Positions 9,459 to 19,105 of a DNA stretch of 63,974 nucleotides are shown piece by piece; position 1 is the first letter of the stretch; each line of letters opens with the position of its first letter. The translations under genes and the position numbers were made by a program. Source of the DNA: an uncultured Terracidiphilus sp. (GTDB lineage: Bacteria; Acidobacteriota; Terriglobia; Terriglobales; Acidobacteriaceae); contig CAYYKV010000001.1 of NCBI GenBank assembly GCA_964468605.1, positions 1 through 63,974 of the forward strand, given 5' to 3'. Below the pieces are notes generated by a model, which saw only the letters and a list, made by a program, of their open reading frames with translations, made no database searches and was not told the DNA's origin.

Positions 9459-11450
9459 ATGACGCGGCGCAATCCCCTTCCCGCGGAGGTCTATGCGCTG
9501 GTGGAGCAGACGCCGGCCACGGTGCTTTTCGAAGGCGGGAAACAGAACGACTCCGAAACGAGAGAAAAACCGTGGACGCAATTGCTCACAGCTCCCTTGC
9601 GCGTGTGCATAGCGTATTCGGCGCCAGAGATTCCTCGGCTGTTTGCCGACCTTGAGAACGCTGTGGCCGCCGGCCATTCTGCGGCTGGCTTTTTCAGTTA
9701 CGACTGCGCAAGCTGCTTTGAACCGAAGGCAGGAACTCGCGCGGCCAATGCCGGCGAGCCGCTGGCCTGGTTTGGGATCTACGAACGGAGTTACGCATTC
9801 GACCACCAGTTGGGCAGCTTCGTTGACGGCGAGCCGCCAGAGCTCGAGCGATTCCGCCGCGAGAAACCGAATACAGAGAAGGACCACTCCGAGCCCGAGA
9901 TCGCCGCGGAGTTTGTGCTTGCCGAGGCCGATTACGTCCGGCGCATCGATCGGATTCACGAGTGGATTCGCTCCGGGGACGTTTATCAGCTGAACTTCAC
10001 CGCGCCGCTGCAATTTGAAGTGCCTGGCAACGCCGCGGCGCTCTACGCGCGGCTGCGCTCGCGGCAGCCGGTCGATTACGGTGCGTTCCTGCACTGGCAG
10101 CCGGGACGCCGCATCCTCTCGTTCTCGCCGGAGCTATTCTTCCGCGTCGAAAAGGACGGTGCAACAAGACGCATTCTCACGCGCCCCATGAAAGGAACAG
10201 CGCGGCGCGGCCGGACGACACGCGAAGACAGCGAGATTGCCGAATGGCTGCGCGGCGACCCCAAGAACCGTAGCGAAAACGTGATGATCGTCGACCTTGT
10301 GCGCAACGATCTGGGTCGGATTGCGCAGACTGGAAGCGTTCGAGTTGAAGAGCTCTTTGCCGTCGAGCGCTACCCCACGCTCTGGCAGATGACTTCAACC
10401 GTTAGCGCGGAGCTCCGGCCTGAGGCCGGTTTCTTTGACATCTTTCGTGCGCTGTTTCCCTGCGGGTCAGTCACGGGTGCGCCCAAAGTACGGGCCATGC
10501 AGCTCATCGCCGAGCTCGAGGAAGCACCGCGCGGCGTATATACGGGCGCCATCGGTTTCTTCTCCCCGCGGCAGACAGTTTTTAATGTTGCCATTCGCAC
10601 TCTCGATCTCGACGGCGCTCGCGGAACCATGGGCGTCGGCAGCGGCGTGGTCATCGATTCCGACCCGGCACAGGAATTTCGCGAGTGCCTGCTAAAGGCG
10701 GAGTTCCTCACGGGGCCGGCGCATCGCACAATCAATCCCATCAGCGAGCACGTTCAGACCATCAGCCAGCCAGACAAGTTTTTCCTGATTGAGACGATGC
10801 TTTGGGACGGCAGCTATCCGCTACTTGAACTGCACCTTGACCGGCTTGAGGACTCAGCCAGATATTTCGGCATTGCCTGCGATCGCGCGGCGGTTAAATC
10901 CGCGCTCATCGACCACGCGCGCCAGTTCGCTGATGAGCGGTCCGCCGGCCCGACGTCGCGCAAGGTACGCCTTTTGTTTGACACCGAAGGCAGCGTGCAG
11001 ATCGGGAGCGAAGCGCTTCCCCCGCCCGGCGAATCGAACCACATCGGCCGCGTAACCATTTCCAGCGTGCGCGCAAACCCAGCTGACGCAACGCTTTACC
11101 ACAAGACGACGCAACGCCTCCTCTACAGCTTGCAGCATGCGAACGCCGTCGAGCGAGGCTATGACGATGTGCTTTTCCTGAATTTGCGCGGCGAAGTCAC
11201 CGAAGGAGCCATCAGTAATTTGTTTGTCGAGAAAAATGGCCGCTGGTCCACGCCGCCAGTCGAGTGCGCCTTATTGCCTGGCGTGTACCGCCGCCATCTG
11301 CTCGAAACGCGGCCGGACCTTGAGGAGCGAGTGTTGACGCTCGACGATCTCCGCCACGCCGACGCCATCTATTTGACGAATGCAGTTCGCGGGTTACGCA
11401 GAGTCGAAGTTGATTGGCTGGAGAACCGATCCGCGGTCACTGACCACTGA
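9459..11450 (+). CDS. pabB: Fused aminodeoxychorismate synthase component I / aminodeoxychorismate lyase (PabB-PabC)
   Basis: SFSPELFF; RPMKGT; ENVMIVDLVRNDLG; FPCGSVTGAPK; C-terminal class IV aminotransferase HKTT..EGAISN..LLPGVYR. Confidence 0.92.
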   Translation: MTRRNPLPAEVYALVEQTPATVLFEGGKQNDSETREKPWTQLLTAPLRVCIAYSAPEIPRLFADLENAVAAGHSAAGFFSYDCASCFEPKAGTRAANAGEPLAWFGIYERSYAFDHQLGSFVDGEPPELERFRREKPNTEKDHSEPEIAAEFVLAEADYVRRIDRIHEWIRSGDVYQLNFTAPLQFEVPGNAAALYARLRSRQPVDYGAFLHWQPGRRILSFSPELFFRVEKDGATRRILTRPMKGTARRGRTTREDSEIAEWLRGDPKNRSENVMIVDLVRNDLGRIAQTGSVRVEELFAVERYPTLWQMTSTVSAELRPEAGFFDIFRALFPCGSVTGAPKVRAMQLIAELEEAPRGVYTGAIGFFSPRQTVFNVAIRTLDLDGARGTMGVGSGVVIDSDPAQEFRECLLKAEFLTGPAHRTINPISEHVQTISQPDKFFLIETMLWDGSYPLLELHLDRLEDSARYFGIACDRAAVKSALIDHARQFADERSAGPTSRKVRLLFDTEGSVQIGSEALPPPGESNHIGRVTISSVRANPADATLYHKTTQRLLYSLQHANAVERGYDDVLFLNLRGEVTEGAISNLFVEKNGRWSTPPVECALLPGVYRRHLLETRPDLEERVLTLDDLRHADAIYLTNAVRGLRRVEVDWLENRSAVTDH

Positions 11451-11457
11451 CAACTGT
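11437..11457. repeat. Heptamer tandem repeat (cactga-type), 3 units
   Basis: tcactga ccactga caactgt; supplies the pabB stop codon. Confidence 0.6.
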
Positions 11458-11460
11458 TTT

Positions 11461-12504
11461 TCACTCCGGCCGCATCACAACCTTGATCGCCTCGCCCGAC
11501 TGCAGCAGCTCCATCGCTTTCTTGAACTCGCTCAGCTTGAGCCGATGGGTGATCACCGGCTCCAGATTCAGCTTGCCGGTGGCCAGCAGTGCCTCCATCT
11601 GGAACCACGTCTCGAACATCTTGCGCCCGTTGATGCCCTGCACCGTCGCGCCCTTGAAGATGATGTCGCGGGCAAAGTCCAGCTCGAAGGGCCGCGACGG
11701 GATGCCGAGCAGTGAAGCGCGTCCGCCGGTGCGCAACAGCGCAAAACCCAGCCGCATGGCCTCGGGATGGCCCGACATTTCAAGCAGAACATCGACGCCC
11801 GTGCCGCCCGTGGCTTCGAGAATCTGTTTCTCCACATCATCGGTCGTGGGATCGAGCGCAAGATCTGCGCCCATCTCAAGAGCCACGCGCCTGCGATGCG
11901 CATTCACCTCGGTGGCGAACACGCGCGCGGCTCCGCATGCTTTAGCCACCGCAATCGAAAACAACCCGATCGCGCCGCAGCCAGTAACGGCGACAGTCTT
12001 GGCGGCAATCGGCCCGGCGAGCACGGTATGCACCGCATTACCGAGCGGATCGAGCAGCGATGCGTAGTCGTGCGGAATCGACGGCGACAGCTTCCAGATA
12101 TTCGACTCAGGAATGACAGCATAGCCGGCGAAAGCCCCGTCGGCATCCACGCCCAAAATGCGGACGTGTTGGCAAACGTGCGCCAGACCGGTGCGGCATT
12201 GCAGGCACTTGCCGCAGGCCACGTGCATCTCAGCGCTCACCAGGTCGCCCTCGTGCACGGTGGTCACGCCGCGGCCAACGGCGTCCACGGCGCCCGAGAA
12301 CTCATGCCCTGGAATCAACGGCGGATGAATCCGTCCCTTCGCCCAGGGGTCCCAGTTGTAGATGTGCAGATCGGTTCCGCAGACGCTCGCTGCCTGCACG
12401 CGCACCAGCACTTCGCCGGGCCCGGGCGTAGGAACGGGCACTTCGCGCAACTCGATGCCGGGTGCGGCCTTGGCCTTCACAACGGCCTGCATGGTGGAGA
12501 CCAT
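11461..12504 (-). CDS. tdh: L-threonine 3-dehydrogenase
   Basis: CGTDLHIYNWDPWA; GHEFSG; CGKCLQC..C zinc motif; DPLGNAVHT; GRKMFETW. Confidence 0.93.
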   Translation of the reverse strand: MVSTMQAVVKAKAAPGIELREVPVPTPGPGEVLVRVQAASVCGTDLHIYNWDPWAKGRIHPPLIPGHEFSGAVDAVGRGVTTVHEGDLVSAEMHVACGKCLQCRTGLAHVCQHVRILGVDADGAFAGYAVIPESNIWKLSPSIPHDYASLLDPLGNAVHTVLAGPIAAKTVAVTGCGAIGLFSIAVAKACGAARVFATEVNAHRRRVALEMGADLALDPTTDDVEKQILEATGGTGVDVLLEMSGHPEAMRLGFALLRTGGRASLLGIPSRPFELDFARDIIFKGATVQGINGRKMFETWFQMEALLATGKLNLEPVITHRLKLSEFKKAMELLQSGEAIKVVMRPE

Positions 12505-12586
12505 TAGCGCGGACCCTCCCTGAAACGGCAGACTAACAAGTCTATCAACCGCCGCTGGGTGGTAGAACGTTGTAGGGAGTTGAAAC

Positions 12587-15118
12587 ATGGCGAAAAAAAA
12601 GTTCCCGGCGCGCTGGAACGTTGATTTTCTGACTGCTTTTCTGTTGGTGGCTTTTTGCGCCGCGGGCCCGGTTGTGCATGCCCAAACTGAGGATCAGGCA
12701 TGGCTGCGCTATGCGCTCGTGCATGAGCGGCCCACCATCCCCACTTCGGTTCGCGCGCTCGGCAGCAGCAACTTGGAGCAGTCGGCCGTGCAGGAGCTTG
12801 AGCGCGGCATCGCCGGCTTGACGGACCCGAAGGGCGCAAACACTGGCGAAACCGTGGTCGGCACCCTCGATGAAGTTCGCGCCGCTTTTCCGAGCCCGGC
12901 GGTCCCAGCTCACATCGCCGCGCACGGATTCTGGCTCAAGCGCACCATCTGGCACGGACGCCCACTTGTTATCGTCGCCGGGTCGAATGAGCACGGCGCG
13001 CTCTTCGGCGCGTTTGATCTGTTGCGCCGCATCGCAACGGGCGCGGACGTCGCACATCTCGATGTGATCGAGGCCCCCGCCATGCCCATCCGCTGGGTCG
13101 ACGAGTGGGACAACGCCAGCGGCACAATCGAGCGCGGCTATGACGGCCGGTCGATCTTCTTTGACGGTGGCAAGGTTCGCGACGATCTGAGCGAAGCGAC
13201 GGCCTACGCGCGGCTGCTCGCGTCAGTGGGCATCAACGGCTGCAACGTGAATAACGTGAACAATGCGGCGCCATTCCTTGAGCCCGACATGATCAAGGGC
13301 CTGGCTCGGATCGCCGACGCCATGCGCCCTTGGGGCGTGAGGCTAGCGATCAGCGTCGACATCGCCAGCCCGCAGAAGGTCGGCGGCCTCAAGACCTTCG
13401 ATCCGCTCGACCCCGAGGTGAAAGCCTGGTGGACGGCCAGGATCAACGAAATCTACCAGCAGATTCCCGATTTCGCCGGCTTCACGGTCAAGGCCGATTC
13501 TGAAGGACAGCCCGGTCCCGCCAGCTATGGCCGCAGTCCGGCCGATGCCGCCAACGTGCTTGCCAACGCTCTCGCGCCTCACGGCGGCGTGGTGCTCTAT
13601 CGCGCATTCGTCTACAACAACCACCTCGACTACAACAACATGAAAGCCGACCGAGCGCGCGCCGCCTACGACACCTTCCATCCCCTCGACGGCCAGTTCG
13701 CGCCCAACGTCATCGTCCAGATCAAGTACGGTCCCATCGACTTTCAGGCCGAGGAGCCGGTATCTCCGCTCTTCGCGGGGCTGCACAAGACGAGCGAGGC
13801 CATCGAGCTCGAGATCACGCAGGAATATCTCGGCCAGCAGCGGCACCTCGTCTATCTCGCGCCGCTATGGAAGGAGAAACTCGACTTCGATTTGCGCGCC
13901 GAAAATCGTGCCACCCCTGTGAAGGAAATCATTGAGGAGAAAACCTTCAACCGGCCGCTCGGTGGCATGATCGGCGTCTCTTGCGTGGGACGCGACGATT
14001 GGCTGGGTGCGCCGATGGCGATGGCCAACCTCTACGCCTTCGGCCGCCTCGCGTGGAATCCCAACCTGAGCGCGGAACAGATCGCTGCAGAGTGGACAAA
14101 GCAAACCATCAGCAACAACCCCCATGTGGTTGCGACTGTGGACAAGATGCTCATGCAGTCATGGCCTACTTACGTTGACTACACAGGCTTCCTGGGCACA
14201 CAAACGCTGACCGATATTACGGGCAGCCACTACGGACCGAACATTGAGGCGAGCGAGCGCAACGGCTGGGGCCAGTGGCACCGCGACGATGCAAAAGGTA
14301 TCGGTATGGACCGAAGCGTCGCGACGGGAACAGGCTTCGCTGGCCAATACCCGCCCGAAGTCGCGAAGATTTACGAGTCGGCTGCCACCACCCCCGACAA
14401 TCTGCTGCTCTTCTTCCATCACGTTCCGTGGACCTTCAAATTGCACACGGGCAAGACCGTCATTCAGTACGTCTATGACAGCCACTACAAGGGCGCCGAA
14501 GAAGCGGCGCGGCTCGGCGATGAGTGGGCCACGCTGAAGGGCAAGATCGACCCGCAGCTCTTCGAAGACGAACGCGCGCGCCTGGAGTACCAGGCCGGCC
14601 ATGCAATCGTATGGCGCGATGCGATCGTGCAGTATTTCTTCAAAGAGACCGGCATTCCTGACGCGCTCGACCGCGCCGGGCACTTTCCCGGCCGGCTTGA
14701 GGCTGAAGACGCGCGCCTCGCGGGATACAAAATCATCGACATCACGCCATGGGAAGACGCCTCTGGCGGAAGAATTGTGGCGTGCGACCCCAACCCCGCG
14801 CAGGGCAGTTGTTCAGCCGAGTGGACCTACTCCGGCAAAGCCGGCCGTTTCGACATCGCTGTGCAGTATTTCGATCTGCCGGGCGGCGTCGCGCATTTCA
14901 CTTTCGGGATCAATGGAATCGAGATCGTCTCGTGGGCCGCCGATGCCAGGCTGCCGTCGCGCCGGCCCAATGGCGACAACTCAACACGCTTCACGCTGCG
15001 CGGCCCCGATGGACGAGGCATCGATTTGAAGCCGGGGGATGTGCTGCGGTTAGAGGGCGCGCCCGACGGAAGCGATCCCGCCGCGCTGGACTACATCGAG
15101 ATCGAGCTGGCTAAGTAG
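12587..15118 (+). CDS. aguA: Alpha-glucuronidase, glycoside hydrolase family 67
   Basis: AWLRY; IERGYDG; NNVN; VKADSEGQPGP; QIKYGPIDFQ; ITQEYLGQ. Confidence 0.93.
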   Translation: MAKKKFPARWNVDFLTAFLLVAFCAAGPVVHAQTEDQAWLRYALVHERPTIPTSVRALGSSNLEQSAVQELERGIAGLTDPKGANTGETVVGTLDEVRAAFPSPAVPAHIAAHGFWLKRTIWHGRPLVIVAGSNEHGALFGAFDLLRRIATGADVAHLDVIEAPAMPIRWVDEWDNASGTIERGYDGRSIFFDGGKVRDDLSEATAYARLLASVGINGCNVNNVNNAAPFLEPDMIKGLARIADAMRPWGVRLAISVDIASPQKVGGLKTFDPLDPEVKAWWTARINEIYQQIPDFAGFTVKADSEGQPGPASYGRSPADAANVLANALAPHGGVVLYRAFVYNNHLDYNNMKADRARAAYDTFHPLDGQFAPNVIVQIKYGPIDFQAEEPVSPLFAGLHKTSEAIELEITQEYLGQQRHLVYLAPLWKEKLDFDLRAENRATPVKEIIEEKTFNRPLGGMIGVSCVGRDDWLGAPMAMANLYAFGRLAWNPNLSAEQIAAEWTKQTISNNPHVVATVDKMLMQSWPTYVDYTGFLGTQTLTDITGSHYGPNIEASERNGWGQWHRDDAKGIGMDRSVATGTGFAGQYPPEVAKIYESAATTPDNLLLFFHHVPWTFKLHTGKTVIQYVYDSHYKGAEEAARLGDEWATLKGKIDPQLFEDERARLEYQAGHAIVWRDAIVQYFFKETGIPDALDRAGHFPGRLEAEDARLAGYKIIDITPWEDASGGRIVACDPNPAQGSCSAEWTYSGKAGRFDIAVQYFDLPGGVAHFTFGINGIEIVSWAADARLPSRRPNGDNSTRFTLRGPDGRGIDLKPGDVLRLEGAPDGSDPAALDYIEIELAK

Positions 15119-15190
15119 TCCGTGCCTGACTCTTGCTCCTTAACGCCGCTGCTGTGCGTTGCGGCTAGATTCCAGGGGCGTGCCTCGCCG

Positions 15191-16009
15191 TTACGCCGAG
15201 CCTTCCGCTGCACTGGCGTGCGCCGCGCGCATCTGTTCGATTTCGTCGATGAGCTCCAGCACCTGTTCCCGCTTGCGGTCGCTTAGGTCGAGGAAGCGAA
15301 TTCCCACCGTGTTACGGTCGTGAATCGCCTGGATCACGCCGCCGAGCCGGAATGGGATTCCTTCAAGCCGGAACTCCGTCTCTACTCGCGTGTAAATCCC
15401 CACCGGGAAGCGCTCATCGGTGCGGATGCGGCAGCCTGTAAGGCTCAAGTCCAGAATGCGCCCCCGTAGCGTGGATCCAACATTGACCAGGAGAATCGTC
15501 GCAGTCGTATCAACCTCATGGCGGCTCTGCTGGCGGCGTTCGCGCCCCACGGGTTTTCGCGCAGATGGCGGTCCGGCCTCCAGCTGAGCAAGTGGATGCG
15601 TAGCCACTTGCTTCGCCACCAGCAGATTCACGGCTTCGGCCCGGGCCTCCGCGGCTTCCCCCATCGTGCAAATTACGTTGGCCAACTCCACCATGCGCTG
15701 CGGAATCACATTCACGAAGCGAATGCCGAGAAGGTTTTGCCCGTCAGTCCATTGCAGGATGCCGCGAAGTCGGAACGAGATTCCCTTGATCTTGAAGAAG
15801 ACCTCAACAGGCAGGAGGGCACGGGCTGCGACCGGCTCATTTACGCGGAGACGACAGCCCTCCTGGCTCAAATCAACCAGACGAGCTTCGTGCGGTGCAC
15901 CATAGCCAACGAAAAGAACTACGGAATCTTCATCGACAGAGTAGCGCGGATCGGAGCGGCGCTCCGGCTGCTGGGCCGCAAACTCGTCCCTGTCTTCCCA
16001 CGCGCCCAT
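15191..16009 (-). CDS. Tandem PilZ domain (c-di-GMP receptor) protein
   Basis: ERRSDPR..DLSQEG and ERRQQSR..DLSLTG (RxxxR, DxSxxG twice). Confidence 0.88.
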   Translation of the reverse strand: MGAWEDRDEFAAQQPERRSDPRYSVDEDSVVLFVGYGAPHEARLVDLSQEGCRLRVNEPVAARALLPVEVFFKIKGISFRLRGILQWTDGQNLLGIRFVNVIPQRMVELANVICTMGEAAEARAEAVNLLVAKQVATHPLAQLEAGPPSARKPVGRERRQQSRHEVDTTATILLVNVGSTLRGRILDLSLTGCRIRTDERFPVGIYTRVETEFRLEGIPFRLGGVIQAIHDRNTVGIRFLDLSDRKREQVLELIDEIEQMRAAHASAAEGSA

Positions 16010-16039
16010 GGCCTGCTCCGCTCAAGCATTCAGCGGAGA

Positions 16040-16531
16040 TCAGTGCTCGTCGGTCAAATCCGATCGCTGGTCCGATGCCTGGTCCCACGGCTCGACGGGC
16101 GCGGCCTCTGCAGCTTCGCGGCCCATCAGGCGGTCGTAGCGATACACGTCGCTGGTAGTGCCCAGCGACTCGTTATACAAACTGATAGCGCCGATAAGCT
16201 GCGTCAGCTCCTCGCTGAACGCGTGTATCGCCTGCAATTGACTGGCCGTCGCAGATAGCTCGTATTGGGAAGTCTTAATGAACTTCTGGTACCCACGGTC
16301 CAGAAGCCGCCCCACTTCGCCCTTCACCAACACTCCGGGACGGACGACGTATGCTGCCGGTGTATCTTCCGGATCCTCGGCGCGGCGTGCCGGCACAAGA
16401 ATCGCTCCGACTCCGTGCTTGCTCACCAGCGTACCTCCGGAGGCGTCGGCAAGCTGGGTCACTTCGAACGAGTGTGCGCGCAACAGTTCCAGCGTCTGAT
16501 CGAAGTTCGCATGGCGGGATTGTCTCTTCAT
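16040..16531 (-). CDS. Hypothetical protein
   Basis: 163-aa ORF with natural composition, co-oriented upstream of the PilZ gene. Confidence 0.7.
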   Translation of the reverse strand: MKRQSRHANFDQTLELLRAHSFEVTQLADASGGTLVSKHGVGAILVPARRAEDPEDTPAAYVVRPGVLVKGEVGRLLDRGYQKFIKTSQYELSATASQLQAIHAFSEELTQLIGAISLYNESLGTTSDVYRYDRLMGREAAEAAPVEPWDQASDQRSDLTDEH

Positions 16532-16849
16532 GAAGGCAGCCTATCTTGGAACAATATTGTATGGAGCCGTCGAATCCTTGTAACTCCAATCTCGCACACC
16601 CGTGTTCCGCGCTGCAATTCCTCTCAGTCGCATTGTCCTCACGATCCGAACTGCTCCCCTGACCCGGCCCCGCGCTAGCTGGATTCTTGATCGCCGAACG
16701 AATTCCACCGCCCCTCGGAAAATCAAAAACTTCTTTACACAACTTGGCGTGGGGCTTCATAATCGCTTTGCCCTGGAGAGCTTGCGCTTCCCGTTTTCCA
16801 TCCCCAATCGCAAAGAAACTCCGAGCCAATCAAGGAGGATTCCCAACAA

Positions 16850-17719
16850 ATGAAAATCATGCGCCCCGCTCTGTTCGCTCTGTCTATCGCGGCCGGTGGA
16901 AGTCTGTTCGCCGCGGCACAGGAAATGCATCACCCGCCGAAGGTCCTCTTAATCGAGCGGGAGTTTATCAAGCCAGGAAAAGCCGGCTCGCTGCACGACA
17001 AGTCGGAGAGCCATTTTGTGGCTGACATGGCCGCGGCCAAGTGGCCCACTCACTACATCGCCCTGAATTCGCTGTCGGGCAAATCGCGGGCCCTGTTTCT
17101 CGTCGGCTATGATTCCTTTGCAGCTTGGGAGACCGACAATAAGGCCACCGACAAGAATGCAACACTCTCCGCGGAGATGGACAAGGACAGCATCGCCGAC
17201 GGCGAACTGCTCGACGGGATTGACCAGTTTGTCTTCACCTTCGACGAGGACTTGAGCTACCGTCCCGATGTTGACATTACGCAGGTCCGCGACTTCGAGG
17301 TTACGTCGTTCCACATCAAGCCCGGCCACGATAAGCAGTGGCGCGAGCTTGTCGCTTTGGTTATCGATGCCTACAAGAAGGCCGGGACCAGCGCACATTG
17401 GGCAGCCTATGAGATCGCGTACGGCGGCGACCATGAGTACGTGGCCTTCAGTCAGGATAAGTCGTTGGCCGAAATCGACACCGGCTTTGCGGAGGACAAG
17501 CAATTCCGCGATGCACTCGGCGACGACGGGCTGAAGAAGCTGGGTGAACTCGAAGCGGACTCCATCCAGGATTCCGATGCGGAGTTGTTCGCGGTCAATC
17601 CGCGGCAGAGCTACGTACCCGACGAATGGATCAAGGCTGCCCCGGATTTCTGGAGGCCGAAGCCTGCGGCGTCCGCCGCCAAACCGGCCGCCAAGCCCGC
17701 AGCAAAACCCGCGCAGTAG
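16850..17719 (+). CDS. Secreted hypothetical protein (possible duplicated NIPSNAP-like alpha-beta fold)
   Basis: AGGAGG RBS; signal peptide; internal repeat IKPGK / IKPGH; AKPA-repeat tail. Confidence 0.75.
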   Translation: MKIMRPALFALSIAAGGSLFAAAQEMHHPPKVLLIEREFIKPGKAGSLHDKSESHFVADMAAAKWPTHYIALNSLSGKSRALFLVGYDSFAAWETDNKATDKNATLSAEMDKDSIADGELLDGIDQFVFTFDEDLSYRPDVDITQVRDFEVTSFHIKPGHDKQWRELVALVIDAYKKAGTSAHWAAYEIAYGGDHEYVAFSQDKSLAEIDTGFAEDKQFRDALGDDGLKKLGELEADSIQDSDAELFAVNPRQSYVPDEWIKAAPDFWRPKPAASAAKPAAKPAAKPAQ

Positions 17720-17845
17720 CTCTTCAACCCAACGTCTCGCGCCGGCGGCTCTGCCCTCTGCGGAACCGCTGGCTGCAAGATTGCATTTGGCGCCGGCCCG
17801 ATACACCGAACCCGGTAAACTGAAAACGACCGGAGATTCCGCGCC

Positions 17846-18184
17846 ATGAGCACCCCCACGAACAACGGTATTCCGCAAATCAGCGTGCAGGAACTCAAGC
17901 GGCGCCTCGACGCCGGCGACGATCTGATGATCCTCGACGTCCGCGAACCCTACGAGTACCAGATCGCCAACATAGGCGGCACGCTCATTCCGCAGAACGA
18001 AGTGCCACGGCGACTGGCCGAGATCGATCGCAACCGCGAAATTGTTGTCCAGTGCCGTTCCGGCGGCCGCAGCCAGCGCATCGCCGAGTTTCTCGCGCAG
18101 CAGGGCTATCCCAATGTGAAGAATCTTGCTGGAGGTATCCTCGCGTGGGCCGATCAGATCGACCCGAAGGTGCAAAAGTACTGA
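17846..18184 (+). CDS. Rhodanese-like domain protein
   Basis: ILDVREPYEY; CRSGGRS active loop; NLAGGILAW. Confidence 0.9.
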   Translation: MSTPTNNGIPQISVQELKRRLDAGDDLMILDVREPYEYQIANIGGTLIPQNEVPRRLAEIDRNREIVVQCRSGGRSQRIAEFLAQQGYPNVKNLAGGILAWADQIDPKVQKY

Positions 18185-18234
18185 ACACGCACTTCACCGC
18201 GTACGATCCATCCGGCGTCGCAGCCCGAAAGATT

Positions 18235-18861
18235 ATGACCCTCGACTCTCCAGTTCTCACTGGTAGCCACATTCGACTCGAGCCGCTGTCGCCGGCTCAC
18301 GCTGACGGTCTCGTTGCTGCATCCTCGGGCGATCCAAAGCTCTATCAGTGGAGCGCCGTGCCCATCGGCCGCGACGCCGTTCTCAGCTACATTGAAACGG
18401 CGCTCGCAGGTCGCGAAGCCGGCACGGTGCAGGCCTTTGCCACTGTCCGAATGGCCGACGGCATCGTCATCGGCTCCACGCGCTTTTTCGACATCGATCA
18501 CTGGGCCTGGCCCGCGGGCCATCCGCGCCACGGACGTAAGGATCCCGACACATGCGAGATCGGCTACACATGGCTCGTGCACGAGGCTATTCGCACCGGT
18601 GCAAACACCGAGGCCAAGCTGCTGATGCTCACGCATGCTTTTGAAGTGTGGGCGATGCTCCGCGTCTGCCTTCATACTGACGCGCGCAACAAACGCTCGC
18701 AGGCGGCCATCGAACGCATCGGAGGTAAGTTCGAAGGCGTACTTCGCGCGCACAGGATAGCCGCGGATTTCACGGCGCGCGACTCCTGGCGCTACTCGAT
18801 TCTTGCCGCGGAGTGGCCCGAGGCGAAGAGTCGCCTCATGGCACGCTTGCGGCCTGCCTGA
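18235..18861 (+). CDS. GNAT family N-acetyltransferase (RimJ/RimL-like)
   Basis: EIGYTWL; NTEAKLLMLTHAFE; TDARNKRSQAAIERIG. Confidence 0.9.
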   Translation: MTLDSPVLTGSHIRLEPLSPAHADGLVAASSGDPKLYQWSAVPIGRDAVLSYIETALAGREAGTVQAFATVRMADGIVIGSTRFFDIDHWAWPAGHPRHGRKDPDTCEIGYTWLVHEAIRTGANTEAKLLMLTHAFEVWAMLRVCLHTDARNKRSQAAIERIGGKFEGVLRAHRIAADFTARDSWRYSILAAEWPEAKSRLMARLRPA

Positions 18862-18904
18862 TTCACCTGAGTCGTTTCCGGATTGTTGACAGGCTTGCCG
18901 GTGT

Positions 18905-19105
18905 TTATCGCGTTGGCTTCGCGCCAAACAGTCTTCTGAACCACCCGGGCTTTCGCTCGCAATAAGGCGTCCGTTGGCGTTTTGAGTGTAAGTGATAGTC
19001 TCTGCATCGCTGGCAGTCGCCGTGCCGCTCACAATCCCTCTTGGGGCATGTGCACACGGCTGGCCGCTCGCCGACGATGGCAAAAACCCTCGACCCGGCT
19101 CTCAT
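18905..19105 (-). CDS. Small Cys/His-rich protein (DUF6485-like)
   Basis: CTCPKRDCERHGDCQRCRDYH..PYC; ATGA overlap with the upstream PIN/TRAM stop. Confidence 0.7.
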   Translation of the reverse strand: MRAGSRVFAIVGERPAVCTCPKRDCERHGDCQRCRDYHLHSKRQRTPYCERKPGWFRRLFGAKPTR

